Under the pieces are notes generated by a model that was not told the origin of the DNA, did no database searches, and saw only the letters and a program-made list of their open reading frames with translations. The position numbers and the translations under genes were made by a program. DNA of 64,000 nucleotides from Lama glama (taxonomy: Eukaryota), in the NCBI GenBank assembly GCA_028534125.1, contig CM052817.1, positions 30,258,001 to 30,322,000 on the forward strand. The letters run 5' to 3'. How positions within the stretch are numbered: the first letter of the stretch is position 1; each line of letters starts with the position of its first letter. This document shows positions 52,740 through 64,000 of the stretch, one piece after another.

Positions 52740-52995
52740 TCCATCTCTGCATGGTTTTAAAACGGACAGACCTAATCTATGATTTTGGAAGTCAAGACAA
52801 TAGTCCTTTGGGAGGAGGGAAGGAGTATGGTTGGGAGAAGTGACAAATGGGGTTTTTGAAAGTAATGGAAATACTTTATTTCCTGACTTAGATAATAGCT
52901 AAGCAGCTTTATTCACCGTGTGATAATTCATTAAGCAATAAATTTATGACTTGTATACTTTTCTGTATTTATGTTACAGCCAATAAAATTGAAAG
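52740..52995 (+). mobile_element. L1ME-like 3'UTR end
   Basis: 'ctaatctatgattttggaagtcaagac...gtgataattcattaagc...cttttctgtatttatgtta...aataaa'. Confidence 0.75.
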
Positions 52996-53139
52996 AAAAA
53001 CCTTTAACAACAGAGCAACTAACAATGAGGTGTACATAATTCTCCTTAAAGATAACACTAACGTCTTTCTAAAGGGCGAGTGATGACTCTGTTTTTCTTT
53101 CACTTCAGAATTGTAGAGGCCTGATTTATACAGAGTCCG

Positions 53140-53716
53140 TTCTGCTCTACTCAAGAACAATGTTTTTTAAACACAAATCAGATCTTCCTATACCCGACTC
53201 AAAACTCCCAGGGACTTCTTGTCACTCTTAGAACAAAATCCACGGTGTGTAAGGCTGTTCATAATCTGGCCCCTGGTCATTACTCTGACTTCATTCCTAT
53301 TTCTTGCTTTGCTCCAGGACTTTAGGTTCCTCACTGGAACTTAAATATGCTTAGCAGGGCTTCTCTTCGGGGAGTTTGTGGTTTTCTGGTTATCCTGGAA
53401 TGTTCTTACCCCAGAGATGTGCTGCTTTACTCTTTAGCTTTATTCATGATGTTACTGAAATGCTACATCCTCAGCAAGACCATCCCTGAACACCTTATTT
53501 CAAATCACACCCCCAGCCTTCCAGATACGCTCTCTTTCCTTTCCCAGCTTTAGTCATTCTCTCATCACTGATAACTGGTATGATATCATGTGTATTTGTT
53601 TACGTGTTTGCCAGAACAAGGAATTTTCCTGTTTGGACATCCCTTCCTTGCTAACGTGTAAAACGTGCCTGGCATGGAGTAGGCAATCCACATGTTCTGA
53701 AATGACTGAATGAATA
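53140..53716 (+). mobile_element. L2a LINE 3' part
   Basis: 'ttttaaacacaaatcagatc...tcctggaatgttctt...gtgcctggcatggagtaggc...tgaatgaat'. Confidence 0.8.
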
Positions 53717-54103
53717 GACGAATTCACGCCTGAATGCAACGTATTCAAAAAAGAGTTGGCAAGATTTGAAGACTATAATACAACTCACCAATGTCAAGGC
53801 ACTTTTCTACCCTGGGACCACCAGCCTAAAGTTTAGTAATGGGAAGGAAAATTTTTTTTCACAAGGGGGAATAAAAGATGTGAAATTTCTTTCTAACTGA
53901 ATTGCTATGAATTACAAAATACAGCAGCTTTTGTTTACAGTGCGATTAGCTGACTGCTCACATCTGTAGATGCAGCTTATAGCAACCCGTCGCCCCGGGG
54001 TTGGGGCAGTGGGGAGCCATTCTAGGGCAGGAATCTGCACAGGTTGTTTACTAAACTTTATCTTCTCTGGGCACCAAAATCTTTATCCCCTAACCTAAGT
54101 GTC

Positions 54104-54658
54104 TGTATTAGTCAAGGTTCTCCAGGGAAACAGAACCAAGAGAAGCTATATTTCTATATACTAACAGTATTTAAATAAGAGAGAGACAGAGACAGAGAGA
54201 GATGACAGATAGCTAGGTTTACTATGAGGAAGTGGCTCACAGGATTACGTCGGTCTATAAGTCCCATGATCTGCAGTCCACAGGCTGGAGCCCTAGGAAA
54301 CCCAGAGCCCCAGGAAAGCCCGTGGTGTATTCCAGTTCAAGTCCAACAGCCTGAAAAACAGGGGCGTCAATAATGTAAATCCCAGTCTGAGAGCAGAAGA
54401 TGAAATGAGATGCCTCACTCCCGCAGTGAGGCAGAATAATAAAAGGGTGAATTCTTTCTTCCTCTACCTTTTGGTCTATTCAAGCCATCAGGGGATTGGA
54501 TGATGCCCATACACTTTGGGAAGGGTGATTTACTTTACTGAATTCATTGGTTCAAATGTTAATTTTACTGGAAACACTTTCACCAACACACCAGAAAAAA
54601 AATGTTTAATCTGGGCATCCCTTGACAAGTCAAGTTGACAATAAAATTAGCCATCACA
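54104..54658 (-). mobile_element. MLT2B-like ERVL solo LTR
   Basis: 'tgtattagtcaaggttctccagggaaacagaacca...gtcaagttgacaataaaattagccatcaca'; near-TSD gtgtc/gtgcc. Confidence 0.92.
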
Positions 54659-54994
54659 GTGCCCTTATATGATAATAACTGGTAGGTCTCTTAACTCAGG
54701 AATCTATAAAGATATATATAGAATATATATATATATATATTTTTTTTTTGGAGATTGGCAGGACCTAAAGTGAGACACACTATAACTGAGTATGTCTAAT
54801 TGAGGCAAACTATGCCTACATACGATTAGTGGAGGAGGATATACAATAATCCCTGATTCCTGATAGAAGTCTCCAATGCCGCATTATTAAGAAATAAATA
54901 TTGTCCCATCTGAATTCTCTCTGTAGTGCACAGTCTTGCTGCAGACCATCAGGGGCCACACTAAAATATCTGCTTCTTGCTTCAGGGATCATCC

Positions 54995-55710
54995 AGGTTA
55001 GTAATTATGAATATGGGGTTTGGAGTTAGAACTGGCTTCAAGTCTGTCAACTGAAATAAAAAAGCACAAGGTAAGAGCTGTGAGTTTTGGTTTTATCTGA
55101 GGACTTACTGAGGACGGTAGCCCAAGAGACAGCCTCTTAGAGAGCTTTGAGGAACTGCTTCAAAGAATGAAGAGGGGGGACAGCATATATCTGATTTTGG
55201 AGAAGGGGGTCCATGCAAACAAGCACATATCTCCGTAAAAAGTTACTGCCAGTCACCAAAAAGCAGATATCTCAGTTAACGGTCTTAGTGCTTTTCTAAG
55301 GATGAGAATATGCAAGAAATTGAGTTCTTCAAATTTGCTCCTGAAAATGTCTAACTACTTGAAGGCCTGTTCTGCCTGTTTCCACAGAGCATCACGTGCC
55401 TCACCCCTGAGTTCTGCCCTGAACTCTTTCTAGGGTACTTTGAAGTTAGCAAGTGCAGTGGCTAATGACTCAAACCTTGTAGAGCCAATGGCCAATGACA
55501 TTCTTTAGTTACCAATTCTCAGTCTTGAGATTAGTAGTTGCATGATCTTCAGCCATTTATTTAACTCCTCTAAGCTCCAATTTGCTATTTTAAAAAATAG
55601 AATTAATCATTGTACACATTTCCTGTGATTTTCAATAAGATTTAAAAGCAATAATATTGTGAAATATTCAGTTCAGTACTTGGCATATAGTAATCACTGA
55701 ATAACTATAA
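54995..55710 (+). mobile_element. MIR split by the LTR at 55045-55514
   Basis: 'ggggttttggagttagaactggcttcaa' resumes as 'tctcagtc...ttatttaactcctctaagctcc...acttggcatatagtaa'. Confidence 0.7.
55045..55514 (-). mobile_element. ERV1-class solo LTR (laurasiatherian type) inserted in a MIR
   Basis: TG...CA; 'gagacagcctcttagagagctttgaggaactgcttcaaaga'; near-TSD agtc/attc; MIR continues on both sides. Confidence 0.8.
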
Positions 55711-56789
55711 ACTAGAATCAAAAAACAGAAAGAAACAACTATATACTTACAGAACAGAATGATTTAATGTATCAATTTATGTGCTTTCTCAGCATACAAC
55801 TTAACTATTTGATCTTTATCTATTAATTCCTATGGGAGACTTTATTTTCTCTAGTATGCTCTGCAATCTACTTTTACCAGATTGCTCTATGTGTATCTCC
55901 AGCCACTCTGTGGGAATAAAGTTCTTTATACAATCAATAATAGGCAAGAGTATTAATCCCCTTCAAGAAAGAGGAGTCCTTTGTTGTGTTTGGCAAAGAG
56001 CCTTCCCATGGTTCAGAGGCATTCCTGTGTGACACCACTAACCTTTCCCCCAGGAACCAGAAGTCAGGGGGTTCCCATTCCATCCCTTTGTGCTCCTTGT
56101 CCAGGCTGCATGGGCTCCTATACACACTAAACATACAGTCTTCTGCTTGGTATTTGATCCTGTATTGCCACAGGCTGTCACTACTGCATCAGATTTTCCC
56201 AAAGTCTCATATATTTTGAGGCTTGGAAATGGAATGTCAGCTCTTCAGTACTAAAGGCACCACCTGAGGCTGCTGTGTGATTCAAGCATTTTCATCTCCT
56301 CCTGCTCTTTTGCTTTGAAATCAGTAAGGTTATGTGTAATCAAAGAATAAATATGATCACTCAAAGGAATTAGTGGCTGGTAAATTTAGAACTAACCCCT
56401 CATATGCGACTTCACACAGAGATTGTTTTTCATCTTTCTCTGCATGTCACAGAGCTCATCTAAATGAGAAGCACAAATGTTTTCAAAGGCAACTCCACAC
56501 ACGGCTCAAAACTGTAAAAATAAGGAGAAAAAAAAATCCTTTGATGTATTATCAGTTCTACCCACCTGACTTTTCATTGCACTCAAGATATATTAAAGAT
56601 GTGACTGACTTTTTAATGACTTTTTATTAATTGGACAGGGTTACCTCATTTAGGAAAGAATATTGACTATTCCTAATTTTAACTGGTAAACATGCAGAAT
56701 TAAGAAGGACAAGTTAATCAGCAAAATATTAATTTACTATCTACCATACAAAAAGTGCTGTGATGGGTTTGGGGGGAATGTAAGAATGA

Positions 56790-57138
56790 TGTCTTAGTCT
56801 GCTTGGGCTGCTATAACAAAATACCATAAACTGGGTAGCTCATCAAAGATAGAAATGCATGTCTGTAGTTCTGGAGGCTGTAAGTCAGAGCTCAGGGTGA
56901 CAGCAGGGTTCTGGTGAGAGCCCTCTTGCAGATGCCTAACTTCCCCTGTGTCCTCACACAGTGGGAAGAGAGCCAGCCAGCTCTCTGACTTCTTATGTAA
57001 GTGCACTAATCCTGTTTACACGGGTTCCACCCTGATGACCTAATTACTGCCCACAGGCCCCAGCTTTAAATACCATTGCACTGGGATTCGGGTTGAACAT
57101 ATGAGTTTTGGAGGGACACCACTATTCAGTCCATAGGA
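56790..57138 (-). mobile_element. MLT1A0-like solo LTR
   Basis: 'tgtcttagtctgcttgggctgctataacaaaataccataaactggg...ttttggagggacac...attcagtccatag'; near-TSD aatga/gatga. Confidence 0.92.
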
Positions 57139-58288
57139 GATGACTAAAAATAGTTGCTCATCTCAAGGGTCTCACTACTGAACTGTAGACAAATAAAGCG
57201 TAATTATGTAATTATAACCCTCAAGTTGCTTGAGGAAAATCCCACTCATTTTCCTGAACCTGGGCCTGCTGTATTCAGTGTGTCTGAGAAATATCCCATA
57301 TTGACCTTTTTGCAAATGGTCACAACATAAGGTGGAAGAAAACTTAGGAGGAAAAAAAAATCAGAAATCAACTCAAGACGTTACACATGTAAGACAGAAA
57401 GTACTGCTCAGTCTCAGTGCTTTACGTGACTATTCCCGACACTTGCAGTCTCGGGGGACAGAGACCCTTCCCACCAGCCCCACTTCCAGAGTCACTAGTG
57501 CACTTGTGACCCTGTTATGTTGTTAGATTCACACTGAGGCTCGTTCTTGCCTCTCTGGGAGCCATTACACAGACTCCCTTCCCTTTATACAGTCTCAGCT
57601 CCGCGTGCTGCTCATGCGAACACTGCCTTTACATGAGGTTTGAGTCTTCTGTAGAGCATACTTTTATTCTTTGCCTCCTTCTCTTTTCCTGCATTATTAA
57701 TATTTTCTTCTTCCCTTTCCCCTTCGCTGCCCTAGTGGAAAACGTAAAGCCCACCATCACACGAAACCTTAGAAAACGCCTTTCTGGAGCTGCTACTCAC
57801 GGCATAACCGTGGCCCGTAGCCGCGGCTCTTATTCAAAGACTAATATACATAGGAAGAAACCAATAAGCCCCAATTTATACAGATTCAAGTGAAATAACA
57901 GCAGTATTTAAAACAGTTCTATCGGTATCATAAGAATGTGCCTGGGGCATTTGCAAATGATCGAGTTTGATGGTAACTAGGAATGGCCTAAGTTTAGAAA
58001 AGAAAGACCTGTCTGTGTGGGGATGGGTCTAGCACCATCTCATGGGTTGTAAAGAACTTCAGTTAGTTTCTGAAAATGGATAGGATTTAAAAAGTGAAAA
58101 TGATCAGGAAGGTTGTCCTAGCTGAAGGGAATCTGTGATTGATGGTTGTTGCATAAATGTAAGCTGAACTCCACTGGGAATCGTGGTGTGTATGCAGCTG
58201 AGGTCTAATTCCCTCAAAATTCTGTGTCTGGATCTAATTCCTTCTTCTTTGTTTGCCAGGTGAACCCCTTGGTATACGGAAAATGTAC

Positions 58289-58308
58289 GTGTGTGTGTGT
58301 GTGTGTGT
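58289..58308. repeat. (GT)10 microsatellite
   Basis: Direct reading. Confidence 0.9.
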
Positions 58309-59804
58309 CTGAACACAAGTTTCTGCAGGAGGTAGACAGAAGCTGTTTCCTTGTGTGCCTCTGGGCTGACTGTGGGGATTGGATTCAATTGCCAAGTAAT
58401 AAAAGTGTAGAGAAAAGAATGTTACTATATTAAAGGATGGGCTTTCAAATATATTTCAAAGAACACTGTTAGGGGCTTAAGGGCAATCTCATTTCACTTG
58501 CTAACTTTTCTAATGCAGGTCAGGTATATAACCTGTCTCCTGAGAGGATACAGCAGGATATGCTGAATAAGGCTGAGTGAGAACAGCCAACACCGAGGAG
58601 AAAATGATGACCCTTCTTTTACCTTTTCGCGTTTAGCAAGGATGCGAAGGCTAAATAGTCAGGTGTTTGTTGATATCATTGGCACAGCAGGTATAAATAT
58701 TAAATGATGTGCTCACCTAGACTGTCATTTCTAGTTATTTTTATGGATGTATGAGTGGCGGCTAAGGGCTACTGGTGCTGCATTTTACTGGGGATTTTTC
58801 AGTACTTTGGATTGATCTAACTGATTTATAACTTTGCAGGGGACAGATTTCTCTTCTTTCTGCTACCCAGGCATTCCAGCTCTGCTTTCCCCAATTAGCT
58901 AGTTTTCAGGTAATTTTTTCCTCACTTGCTTTCTCTCCATTCCGTCTTATAGTCTCAGATTTATTCACTGATTCATTTATTATTTAGTCCTTCAGAAAAA
59001 ATGAGAGAAGACTTCACGGAGAGAGGAAAGATAGTGGCGTCAGGAGAAAGAAGATGGGAAAGAAAGAAGCAATGTGTTAAAGATCCCTCTCACCCCTTTC
59101 TCTGGGCTCTAGAAATCTTAAAGAGCTTTCTGCCAGGCCTTCTAGAAAAGAAGTTTGATAGAAAACAAATGAGCTACTAATCACATGTCAGCAAAAACGT
59201 CGTGATTGTTTTCCTTACGTAAATAAGAAACATGGAGAGGCCAAGCATCAAAGGTGGTGAGTAACAGAAGCAGAGTCAGTGCCATCAGAGATGAGACCCA
59301 TGCGAGATGGCTCTCCTCTCTCAGGAGCGCCGTCATCCTGCCTCCATCGCTGTTGGTACGATGAGGGAGGGGAGGAAAGCTCTCCCCATCAGGACCTCTG
59401 TCTTTTCACATGAGTAAGTGATAGCCCACAGCATGCTTTCACCTCGTTTGCAGTGACCCTTGAGATCACAGGTGGCTGTTTTACATTTTTCTGCAGTAAT
59501 CAGGCTAAGCCATAGCTGCAGCTCTGCCTGTAAATGACACACACAGAAGAGGCAGTAGTCGTAGGTGAATGACATTCTCCTCCATGATTCTGTGGAGTGC
59601 GAGTTAGGAATCCCAACCCATGGCAGCCAGGGCTCACGTGTGAATCATGGAAGACACATTCAAGTGCATCAGATGATTCTACTTCTAACCTCCTGTCATA
59701 AGCCAGCAGAACAGGACCCTAAGAGATGAAGTGCTATAATTTAATTTCACAGGTTTCTTCCTGATTGCTGAGCTGAGACTTGAACTCGTCTAATTTTAAT
59801 TAAA

Positions 59805-59915
59805 TCTCAAGTGCTAGGCATGTACAAGGTCCTGGGTTCAATCCCCAGTACCTGCATCAAAAATAAATAAATTAACCTAATGATCTCCCCATCAAACAGA
59901 CAAATAAAGACAAAA
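59805..59915 (+). mobile_element. 5'-truncated Vic-1-like SINE
   Basis: 'gcatgtacaaggtcctgggttcaatccccagtacc...aaataaataaaattaacctaatgatctcccc'. Confidence 0.85.
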
Positions 59916-60984
59916 GGAATTCCCCAAATTTAAATACATAAAAGTAAAATGGATGTGTATGAACACACTTTGTAAAGTCTTAGACATTATTATTATAAGA
60001 TCAATATTTTAATCATATTTTTAAAAATTAAAGTTGATATATTTTGAATACTTTAAAAACCAGTGACTCCTAAAATAACTCTTGAATAAGGAATACTCTA
60101 CTTACAGATAATTTCAACCATTTTAAGACACTCAAGTATGTTGCCCAAACCCCAGCGAACTGATTTTAATTATTAGTCCATGATATGAGCAAAAGCACAT
60201 AATAAAAATTTCAATGGATAATTCTGCCTTTCAACTTAAAATTTGCCAGTGGCCTCAGAGCAAAAACCATTTATAGGACATGAAGTAACCTTAGCAAGTC
60301 ATTTCTTGAGATATAAATAGATACAGAGAATTTCACACTTGAAATGTAATCTCATAACTACAATGATGACAACTAATAATTCCAATAAGGTTTGCAAGTC
60401 TGAGTTGTCAGTTTACCAGCTGACAAAGACAGCAGATTGTCGTAAAAGCAGTAGGAGTCTTAGACCCAGGCATCCGTGGTTTCCTTACGTGAGTTCTAGG
60501 ATTAGGGCACACTACTGACTTTTCTGGCCAGGAGGGGAATGACGTTTCCACCCCAGGTTTCCAAGAACAGCTATTTGTCCCTTAGGACGCTTGGCCCTTC
60601 ACGGCCTCTCTGTTCTCTCCACCCTAGTGGATGTAAAGTGGCACAGCTAATTACTTTGGGAAAGGTAGTTGCAGACTTGGTTCAGTTTCACTCTTTTATG
60701 CTCGCAAGCCTGTCCTAAAGACCACACCTTTTCCTCTATCCCTCTATGTTGTCCTTGATGGGAGAGTAAATCTTATTTCTGAGATTTGAGATTTGGGGGA
60801 GTATTTGGCTGGCCAGTTGAGAGCCATACTTGTCAACCTGGTCTCTGATATTATGTTGGCCTCCATTTTTATTTTTTTCTTTCTTCAGACCATACCAGGG
60901 TGAGGGGGGCAACAGTAACTGTGTAGTGCTCTGTCAATACCGGGACAGTAAATATATTAGCCTGAAATACTGAAAATTAAAACC

Positions 60985-61073
60985 CAGTACAGCAGAGATG
61001 AACACAACATTGTAAACTAATTATACTTCAGCAAAAAAATTTAAACAAACAAAGAAGTGAAAGTGAAAGAAAA
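60985..61073 (+). mobile_element. Very short L1 3' end insertion
   Basis: 'cagcagagatgaacacaacattgtaaactaattatacttca' plus A-rich tail; 13-bp TSD gaaaattaaaacc at 60972-60984 and 61074-61086. Confidence 0.8.
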
Positions 61074-61098
61074 GAAAATTAAAACCAAAATGATGGAA

Positions 61099-61300
61099 TC
61101 TACAAGGACCTACTCTATGGCACAAAAAAAAAATAATATCCAATATCTTGAAATAACCTATGATAGAAAATAATCTGAAAATAATATATATATACACATA
61201 CATATGCATGTCTATGTGTGTATGTATGTGTATAACTGAATCACTTCGCTGTACACCTGAAGCTAACACAATATTGTAAATCAACTATACTTCAATTTAA
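61099..61300 (+). mobile_element. 5'-truncated cetartiodactyl-type L1 3' end
   Basis: 'acaaggacctact...tataactgaatcacttcgctgtacacctgaagctaacacaatattgtaaatcaactatacttcaat'; TSD aaaatgatggaa (61087-61098) / aaaatggtggaa (61301-61312). Confidence 0.9.
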
Positions 61301-62382
61301 AAAATGGTGGAAAACATGGAGGAGCAAAGGGGTTTAAGGGTGTGTGGGTGGGCCTTAGTATTCTGACTTTGATGATTTGAAGAAGCCAATTTTAAGTCCA
61401 GATGAATTTTTACATTCCATCATAGAGTAAATTGAAATATTTTAACCCAACCTCATAGTAGTTTTGGCTGTGGCAGATGATTGTAGCTGGTGTTTTTTGG
61501 TTTTTGGTTTTTGTTTTTTTTGTCCAAAAGCAAATGGCTATTTTCCTGGAAGCAGAGATTTAACCAAAGGTCCCTGGACTTCAGGAAAGGTTCTCAAGGA
61601 GGGATGTCAATGAGAGGGGGGCTGTGAGTGATGATTTGAAATGAGGGGCAGAATGCAGACACCTCAGCAAAGTGAGGTGGGGCCACTCTGTTCTCAGCAG
61701 AGGTGCAGCTTTTGGCAAAGAACCAAAGCACTGGGGCCGAGAAAGGACAGGGATCCAGCTTCAGGACACTGCAGCCTCCCTGGCAGACACAGCTTTTTCT
61801 TAGGCAAGATGACTGAGGCAAATGTTCCATTGCAAGGAATAGAGTCCTAGCCTCTTAGATCTTTGTGGGCCAAACAGTATTGGCTGCTTCTCAATTGCCA
61901 GGTAGTGAAGTTCTGCTTATGCCTCTAAGCACAAGTGAGGTTTAGCTTTAAATCACTGTTGCCAGACACCTCTGGACCAGATGTGCTAAATTCCATTCTA
62001 GGTGTTGGGCCAAGAAAATAAGTGTGGGAGAGCCAATCCTGAAGATTGTCTATAAACTCAAAACCATTTCCCATTTCCAACAGTTTCCAGGTGGTATTAG
62101 ATTGGCTCACCCCAGGCTGAGGGAGAAAACCTCACTAGGGAGGCAGGTTTCTTGGCAAGAAGCGCTGGAAACATCCACAAGGGCTCAGGACTGAAAATGC
62201 ATGTTTACAGGAGAATGTGCACCTGGAGCCTGAGCAGCCACCTTTGCAAACTTCTAAACTTCGTAAGCAGGCCAAGTGTCACTCTCAAGACAGGAGGCCA
62301 GGCGCGTAAATGGATTATCCCCTCAGAAACGTGATTGCAGAGAACCAGTTAACTTCTTGCTGGAAGAGGTCTCCCAATTGAG

Positions 62383-62492
62383 TTTTTGTTTGTTTGTTTT
62401 TGGTTTTGTTTTTGATGGAAGTACTAGGGATAAAACCCATGATCTCAGGCATGCTGAGCATGCACTCTACCACTGAGTTTTTACCCTCCCCC
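62383..62492 (-). mobile_element. Vic-1-like SINE (short form)
   Basis: 'gaagtactagggataaaaccc...gcatgctgagcatgcactctaccactgag...ccctcccc'. Confidence 0.85.
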
Positions 62493-63549
62493 TTAGTTGG
62501 GTTTAAATCCACAAATCATGGATTTAGAGCATCGAGAACAGACTGAGTGGTGTCCTGGCAAGGCTGCTGTCAAGAACATTTTCTCCTTCACTCAAAAGGA
62601 TTTTTTTCTCTGGTCTTTGGCATCATTAAATATCAAGTTCTGGGAATATTTTTTTTTCTGGAATAACTGTTTTTAGAAGTAAAGATTGGTTTGTTACCTT
62701 AATTTGAGGAATATGATTATTTTGGTATCTTATTAACTCTTTGAACTCTTTACAAAGTGAGGCATTACAAATTGTGGTTGAACTAACAGCTTCTCAGATC
62801 ATTAAAAGGCTTTGACTTGTTCCAGAAAGAAACAGCACAAGCTGTAGCTGTTGATAGAACCCAGGTCCGCCAAAGCATGAAGAGTCATTCTAGCCAGAAC
62901 TGAACTGAAGAAGTTGGAGACAATGAATTCTGCACTTGTATTCCTTGATTTTTTTATGAAAAGTGTAAGAGAACCGAATGTCTTGAATATGAAAGTGGGC
63001 TATATGTTGTGTTCTAATTTTTTCTGAGAAGTTTATAGTTTGCATTCATATGTTAGCATCTTGACATTGGCATCTTGGAATACCTTAATTCACTTAATCT
63101 CACTGAAGGCTCTCTAATATAGTATGTTATATAGCTGGGCATATTATTGGATAAGAAATCAAATACGAAGTGAATGTGGGCTTTGGGAACTGAGTGGCCT
63201 TGGAGTAAGTTTAATTAATGCATGATATAAATCCATTTCAGAATTTTGGAGGCAAAATGCTTATGGTCCACGTTGATTCTAACCAAATTCTTTAAAGAGA
63301 AGTAATTAGTATACAGGAGGGACATCTTGAAAATGGGAGACCATCCAAATACACTGGGGATCACTTCTCTTGGGAGACAATAGACAGACAAACCCTCATT
63401 TTGTTAAACACCACATGTTCATAGGAATAAAAAAACAGGATGACTATCTTCCCCACTTCTGATTTCTATGAGGAGTAATTTCCCTTGATTTCTCCCCTCT
63501 TGCCCCCCTTCCCTCCCCTGTTCTTCCTCAGAAGGAATGAGCCAAACTA

Positions 63550-63760
63550 CCTGTGATCAAGTCCTGCCAGCACCTCTTGGTAACTGTTTGACGGTGGGCA
63601 AATTGCTTAACTTCCTTGTGACTCCCCTTCCTTATTACAGAATGTGGACATGGTATCCAATACATGAAGCCAGTATGTGGATTAAACCAAATACCATATA
63701 TAAAGTTTTGAGAACAGTGCTTGTCCGTACAAAGTGTTGGATTTAAGTATTAGCTATTAT
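63550..63760 (+). mobile_element. MIR SINE
   Basis: 'gggcaaattgcttaacttccttgtgac...ggattaaaccaaataccatatataaag...tattagctattat'. Confidence 0.75.
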
Positions 63761-64000
63761 TTGTCAAATCTGTCTTCAAAAAATTTTAATGCTTGTTTAA
63801 ACCTTTGAAAGTTGCTCTGCTCGTTTGAAATTATGGAAAAAGAGAGACCATTTTTTCTTCTGTTTGTATGCATCACTTTTCCTTAAACCACATCCTAGTA
63901 TAATGGCCCTTTGTTCATAATCTGAATATGAGAAAAAGCAACCCAGAAAGTACCCTAAAACATTTGTAAGCATGAAATTATGGGAATATTGAGATCTCAG

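Noticed and set aside
1..64000. Prokaryotic-type systems (CRISPR, operons, defence islands) or a novel multi-gene system
   Set aside because: Sequence is mammalian non-coding DNA with no regularly spaced repeat-spacer arrays or long ORFs

Overview
Mammalian genomic DNA, AT-rich and repeat-dense, most likely camelid (alpaca/camel): it carries four tRNA-derived SINEs resembling the camelid Vic-1 family and camelid/cetartiodactyl-type L1 3' ends. It looks intergenic or deep-intronic. I found no convincing protein-coding exon, tRNA, rRNA or CRISPR array, and the supplied ORFs look like chance or repeat-derived frames. Much of the window is interspersed repeats of many ages: MIR, L2, L3/CR1, old L1, MaLR/ERVL/ERV1 LTRs, hAT and Tigger MITEs, young L1 and SINEs. 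A 500-N assembly gap lies at 32352-32851. The most notable structure is a minus-strand L1 with both termini present around that gap. Its 15-bp target-site duplication (31728-31742 / 33243-33257) also encloses about 460 bp of non-L1 DNA with its own AATAAA and poly(A) tail, which indicates an L1-mediated 3' transduction. Other observations are two back-to-back L1 insertions with abutting TSDs, a solo LTR with intact promoter motifs, several weak splice-site-flanked candidate exons and some enhancer-like motif clusters. I found no novel biological system beyond this. Repeat family names come from recalled consensus similarity, not database searches, and boundaries of old repeats are approximate.
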